Part shown: piece after piece, positions 60,572 to 64,000 of the stretch
How the letters are laid out: each line of letters begins with the position of its first letter
How positions within the stretch are numbered: position 1 is the first letter of the stretch
Assembly: GCA_000165345.1 (NCBI GenBank)
Contig: CM000430.1
Coordinates: forward strand, 448,001-512,000
DNA length: 64,000 nucleotides
Direction of reading: 5' to 3'
Program-made: the position numbers and the translations under genes
Notes under the pieces: generated by a model
Database searches by the model: none
What the model was told of the DNA's origin: nothing
What the model saw: the letters and a program-made list of their open reading frames with translations, nothing else

Positions 60572-60877
60572 ATGAACTCAATAAAGTTATTAGTAGAGTC
60601 ATTCATAAGTTCAGGAGATATCTGTGTTATATCGAAGAGTTATTGCCCATACTGCATAAAAGCAATCAATAGCTTGAAAAGCGCTGGATATTCACCTTTG
60701 GTTATGCAAATCGACGGTAGAGTAGATACTAAAGAAATTCAAGATTACTGTAGGGAGCTAACTGGAAGTGGAACTGTCCCAAGAGTATTTGTTAAGGGAA
60801 GGTTTATAGGAGGATGTGATGATACCCTGAAGCTGTTAGAAGACGGCTCATTGAGTAGTTTTGTTGAAACGATCTAG
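60572..60877 (+). CDS. GRX: Glutaredoxin (dithiol CPYC class)
   Basis: 101 aa. The active site is VISKSYCPYCIKA, followed by the glutathione-binding signature TVPRVFVKGRFIGGCDD. Confidence 0.8.
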   Translation: MNSIKLLVESFISSGDICVISKSYCPYCIKAINSLKSAGYSPLVMQIDGRVDTKEIQDYCRELTGSGTVPRVFVKGRFIGGCDDTLKLLEDGSLSSFVETI

Positions 60878-61270
60878 GCACCTTAATTTGTTTTTTTCTT
60901 CATACTTGTAACAGTATTTTTGCTCAATTGCGAATTGTGCGTTGTATAGCAAAAATGTCTAATTAATACAAATTTAACTTTTGTTTATTTCTATCCATCC
61001 CACTACCAAGATATTTGCAAGATCAAGGAGCCGCGCATTCACTGTGGGGCATGCAATTCGGATATGCTTAATGGCGAATAATTTGAGGATTTCTTTAAGA
61101 CGTATATATTCTTTATTTTTATTACATTGTAAAGGGTGTTATATTTCTCTAAAAACGCACATTAATTACATGCACATTACAAATTAAGTCTGCGAAGCTT
61201 TAATTTTTTGCGATTAAGAAGATCTCCAATTGTGGTCTAACTACAGTAATAAATTTTGCAGATTTAACGA

Positions 61271-64000
61271 ATGAGAAAAATATATTGCAGTTTTATTTTA
61301 ATTCTTTGGATACTACTGCTAACACAGCTAATATCAGAATGTACTTCTTCTAGTTTGGATACTAAATCTGAGGATTTAAAAGAAGTGAACGAAGTTGATG
61401 TCGTACAAGAAGGTAGCAATGCACCGGTTCCTACACATTTAATTAGAGAATATGGTTATTATATATTAAATGATAATGGCTTCAGCCAAAATTCACTAAT
61501 TTGCAAGTTTGAGGATGAAAATCTACAACTTAAATACATAAATTTCGCATCCACATTGGCAAATGTCACTTCAAAGTTGTTATTGAATATAAAGTTGACA
61601 AATTCCGTTCAATATAATATTTACAACAAAATATTTAGTAGCATTTTGCATCTAGATGGTAAAGGCTCGGGATTTCATTATTTCCTAGGATTAAAAGATA
61701 TGTATGAGCAATTGAAATATATCAAATACAAAGAGTTTACATTTAACGAAAAAGAATTAGAATCTGAAATTAAGGGTTCTATGGAAGAATTAGACAAAAT
61801 AATAAATAGTTTATCAGAAAAAATGGATCAAACAAAAAGTGAATTCTGCATGAGCTTATATCTTTTTAGATTTAAAGGTCTAAAGCAAATCATGTTGGCT
61901 ATTCGCGGATTGCTATCACTTATTCTGACAGGAGAAACTTCTGAAATAAATGCCCATTTAGATACTCAGTTTAACAAAGTATTTGATTTGATTACCCTAA
62001 ATATAGAGTATTTAGGCATGTACAAGTCAACTTTACTTGAGATTAATACAAAACTGGAGGAAACGTTATTAGGATGTTTAGATGCAATTGGGAATTTAAA
62101 TATTCCATTATTTGGGGGGAATGGCCAAGATAGTCAACTTTTAGATATTATTTCAAAGTCTTTCAGAATGTCTTTTGGTAATGATAGCTACAAGAGATCT
62201 GCAAGTGATTTTGGATCTGCATTGGATGAACTTGCGGAAAATAAAGTATTTTATCGAATGAATTGCGAATTAAAAGTTTCTAAATTAAAAGAATTCGTAA
62301 AGTCTCAGAAAATTAATGTGGATAACAGCTTCAATATTTCAAAAAAAATTTTACAGGATTTAAGAAACATTCCAATTAATCTTGAAATTGAAATGCTGAG
62401 ATATACAATCTTCAAAGAATATTCAAATAGTAATATGCAAGGTGTTGCATTTGATAAAATAGCTAGTCAAATAAATAATGAATATTTACGTGGACTGATT
62501 ATTTTTATTTCCGAGTTTCAGGTTCAATTGCAAGAAAGATGCTTAAGTTTAATGCAAATACTTAATTTTACAGAATTAAAAGGTTCTTTTCTATGGTGGA
62601 GTAGTTATTTTGATTCCGCCATAAATGAAAATATATTAAAAGAGGATAAATTGACGGAATTATCAAGAATACTGGATATTGCAATTTCATCATTCATTAA
62701 AGTTGATTCTTTTGAAAGTAAAATAGTTAATCTTTTGTCTTTGGAGCCTTTTTCAAAGTTAATTAGAGATTATAAAATAGATGACAAAAATTTCAACGAA
62801 CTTATTAATAAAGTTCAAAAGCATTCAAAATTAATTATGTTAACTAACTCTTATTATTCGAATTATGGCACATTTACGAGTAATGGATATTTAGATACAG
62901 AAAATTCAAAGCCTTTACAAGATTTATTTCAAAATAATAACATGCAACAATTTGAGGATTTATGTAAGATTTTAAGGTCCAATTCTAATCAATTATTTAA
63001 AAATGAACGAATTCGTTCAGCTTTCAATAACGTTGACAGAACTGTTTATTTGGAAGTTCAAAAATATAGGAGAGAATTAGAAAGATTTCGGGCGAATATG
63101 AGTTCTACAAACATTTTATTCACTACGAGTATTGGGTATAACGATCAATACAACTTAATTTTTGAATTAATTGAAAAATTGTTAGTAGGAGAAAGAAATT
63201 TTGAGGCATATATCTCTAACTATTTAGAAATGAGAAATTGTATTGGTAATCTGAATTCTGATTATTCTCAATTAACTGGTATAGCTCATCCAGCTTTAAG
63301 AGAAGACTCAGAGGAAAGAATATTCTTTGATCCAATGAGAAATAGGCTTTTGAGATTCAGAGATGAACTTATGGATAAATTCAATAGTTTATTTGATGAA
63401 CGAATTATTAGTTCTATTGAATCAGTTTTTGATACGTACTTAAACGCTCAAATTTATCTTTCTGGTTCTTTATCTCAAATGATAGGATCTAAGGAAAGCC
63501 CAGAAATGCCTTTTAATAAATATGACTTCAATCTACTATATGGCTCAATTGTGAGAGCTGAAAATTTGTTATTTAAATCTAAAGGTATAAAGCCATCAAT
63601 TTTTCCTGAAAAAAAATTGAAGGAGAGAGTTTCTTTTCTTTATTATATTTATAGATCTTATGTACAACAGATTTCTAATTTAAAAAATTATTTGACTGAA
63701 TGGAATAATAATATGATTAAAGAAAGCACCTTATCTAAAATTAATCCATTAAAATTTATGAATCTTTTAAATTTTAGCTTTGATTCAATTAAAAAACAAT
63801 TAATTCAAATATTTGAACATGGCTCTCTAAATAAAAACATTGAAAGAGAAGTTTTTGGGGAAATTGAAACTTTATTCCTTTGGATAAAGTCTCAGGAATT
63901 TGAAAAGCTTCTAGACAAACTAGATATAATATATAAATCAGAAGGTTTAATTGATTTGATTATGAATGGCAATTCTATTTCCCTATCGCAATCATTTATC
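61271..64000 (+). CDS. Large secreted protein, 5' partial (runs off the window end; at least 910 aa)
   Basis: ATG is at 61271. A signal peptide (MRKIYCSFILILWILLLTQLISEC) is followed by an uninterrupted open frame to position 64000 with no stop. It is absent from the ORF track, presumably because no stop lies within the window. Composition is helical and L/N/K/E-rich, with no recognisable catalytic motif. Confidence 0.6.
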   Translation, partial: MRKIYCSFILILWILLLTQLISECTSSSLDTKSEDLKEVNEVDVVQEGSNAPVPTHLIREYGYYILNDNGFSQNSLICKFEDENLQLKYINFASTLANVTSKLLLNIKLTNSVQYNIYNKIFSSILHLDGKGSGFHYFLGLKDMYEQLKYIKYKEFTFNEKELESEIKGSMEELDKIINSLSEKMDQTKSEFCMSLYLFRFKGLKQIMLAIRGLLSLILTGETSEINAHLDTQFNKVFDLITLNIEYLGMYKSTLLEINTKLEETLLGCLDAIGNLNIPLFGGNGQDSQLLDIISKSFRMSFGNDSYKRSASDFGSALDELAENKVFYRMNCELKVSKLKEFVKSQKINVDNSFNISKKILQDLRNIPINLEIEMLRYTIFKEYSNSNMQGVAFDKIASQINNEYLRGLIIFISEFQVQLQERCLSLMQILNFTELKGSFLWWSSYFDSAINENILKEDKLTELSRILDIAISSFIKVDSFESKIVNLLSLEPFSKLIRDYKIDDKNFNELINKVQKHSKLIMLTNSYYSNYGTFTSNGYLDTENSKPLQDLFQNNNMQQFEDLCKILRSNSNQLFKNERIRSAFNNVDRTVYLEVQKYRRELERFRANMSSTNILFTTSIGYNDQYNLIFELIEKLLVGERNFEAYISNYLEMRNCIGNLNSDYSQLTGIAHPALREDSEERIFFDPMRNRLLRFRDELMDKFNSLFDERIISSIESVFDTYLNAQIYLSGSLSQMIGSKESPEMPFNKYDFNLLYGSIVRAENLLFKSKGIKPSIFPEKKLKERVSFLYYIYRSYVQQISNLKNYLTEWNNNMIKESTLSKINPLKFMNLLNFSFDSIKKQLIQIFEHGSLNKNIEREVFGEIETLFLWIKSQEFEKLLDKLDIIYKSEGLIDLIMNGNSISLSQSFI

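Noticed and set aside
60981-61187. 68-aa ORF between the glutaredoxin gene and the large secreted-protein gene
   Set aside because: It has no domain and an odd composition. It lies in the promoter or 3'-UTR spacer, so it is probably non-coding.
1-64000. Prokaryotic interpretation (operons, defence islands, CRISPR, phage or mobile elements), as prompted by the hint of a novel system
   Set aside because: I found no Shine-Dalgarno-linked operon structure, CRISPR repeats, integrase or transposase ORFs, or inverted terminal repeats. The genes are eukaryotic housekeeping and trafficking proteins with spliceosomal introns. The genuinely new information here is the unannotated spliced genes, not a defence cassette.
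1-64000. Ciliate (Paramecium/Tetrahymena-like) origin, suggested by the very short introns and AT-richness
   Set aside because: The long ORFs terminate cleanly at TAA and TAG with natural protein C-termini (for example Zuotin at TAA 7624-7626). With a ciliate code these would read through. The standard code fits.
1-64000. tRNA, rRNA or snRNA genes
   Set aside because: I found no cloverleaf-compatible segments with GTTCRANYC T-arm boxes, and no rRNA-like conserved cores. Small snoRNAs cannot be excluded by eye.

Overview
This is an AT-rich eukaryotic nuclear sequence (roughly 70% A+T by eye), not a prokaryotic one. Evidence: long standard-code ORFs on both strands, spliceosomal introns with GTAAGT-type donors and (Y)nAG acceptors, and eukaryote-specific proteins (ferlin, Dopey, Sestrin, P4-ATPase, Zuotin, MetAP2, POLE2, STN1).

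The most likely source, by inference, is a Cryptosporidium-like apicomplexan. Supporting this: an alpha-glucan water dikinase, compact intergenic spacers often under 300 bp, few short introns of two size classes (about 42-70 nt and 78-110 nt), GCATGC-type promoter motifs, and low-complexity N/S-rich insertions. A ciliate nuclear code is excluded because ORFs terminate normally at TAA and TAG.

I call about 36 protein-coding genes, including the partial 3' end of a gene at the left edge and a 910+ aa secreted-protein gene running off the right edge. I found no rRNA or tRNA genes, no CRISPR arrays, no transposon hallmarks and no operon-like prokaryotic defence cassette.

The main added value is that several conserved genes are invisible or truncated in the six-frame ORF track because they are spliced or use small exons:
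- RER1, 4 exons, 4607-5419
- TRM112, 3 exons on the minus strand, 45322-45803
- IMPACT 5' exon plus intron, 44300-44484
- an STN1/RPA32-family OB-fold gene, 3 exons, 34642-35535
- a POLE2 N-terminal exon, 52156-52233
- a 2-exon acidic-tail protein, 46609-47236
- a 3-exon Cys-cluster mini-protein, 59909-60412
- a multi-exon signal-peptide gene, 57418-58313

Several track 'M' starts are actually TTG or GTG codons, and the true ATG starts were reassigned for the PP2C, MetAP2 and GGCT-like genes. I derived coordinates by hand, so splice boundaries may be off by one or two bases.
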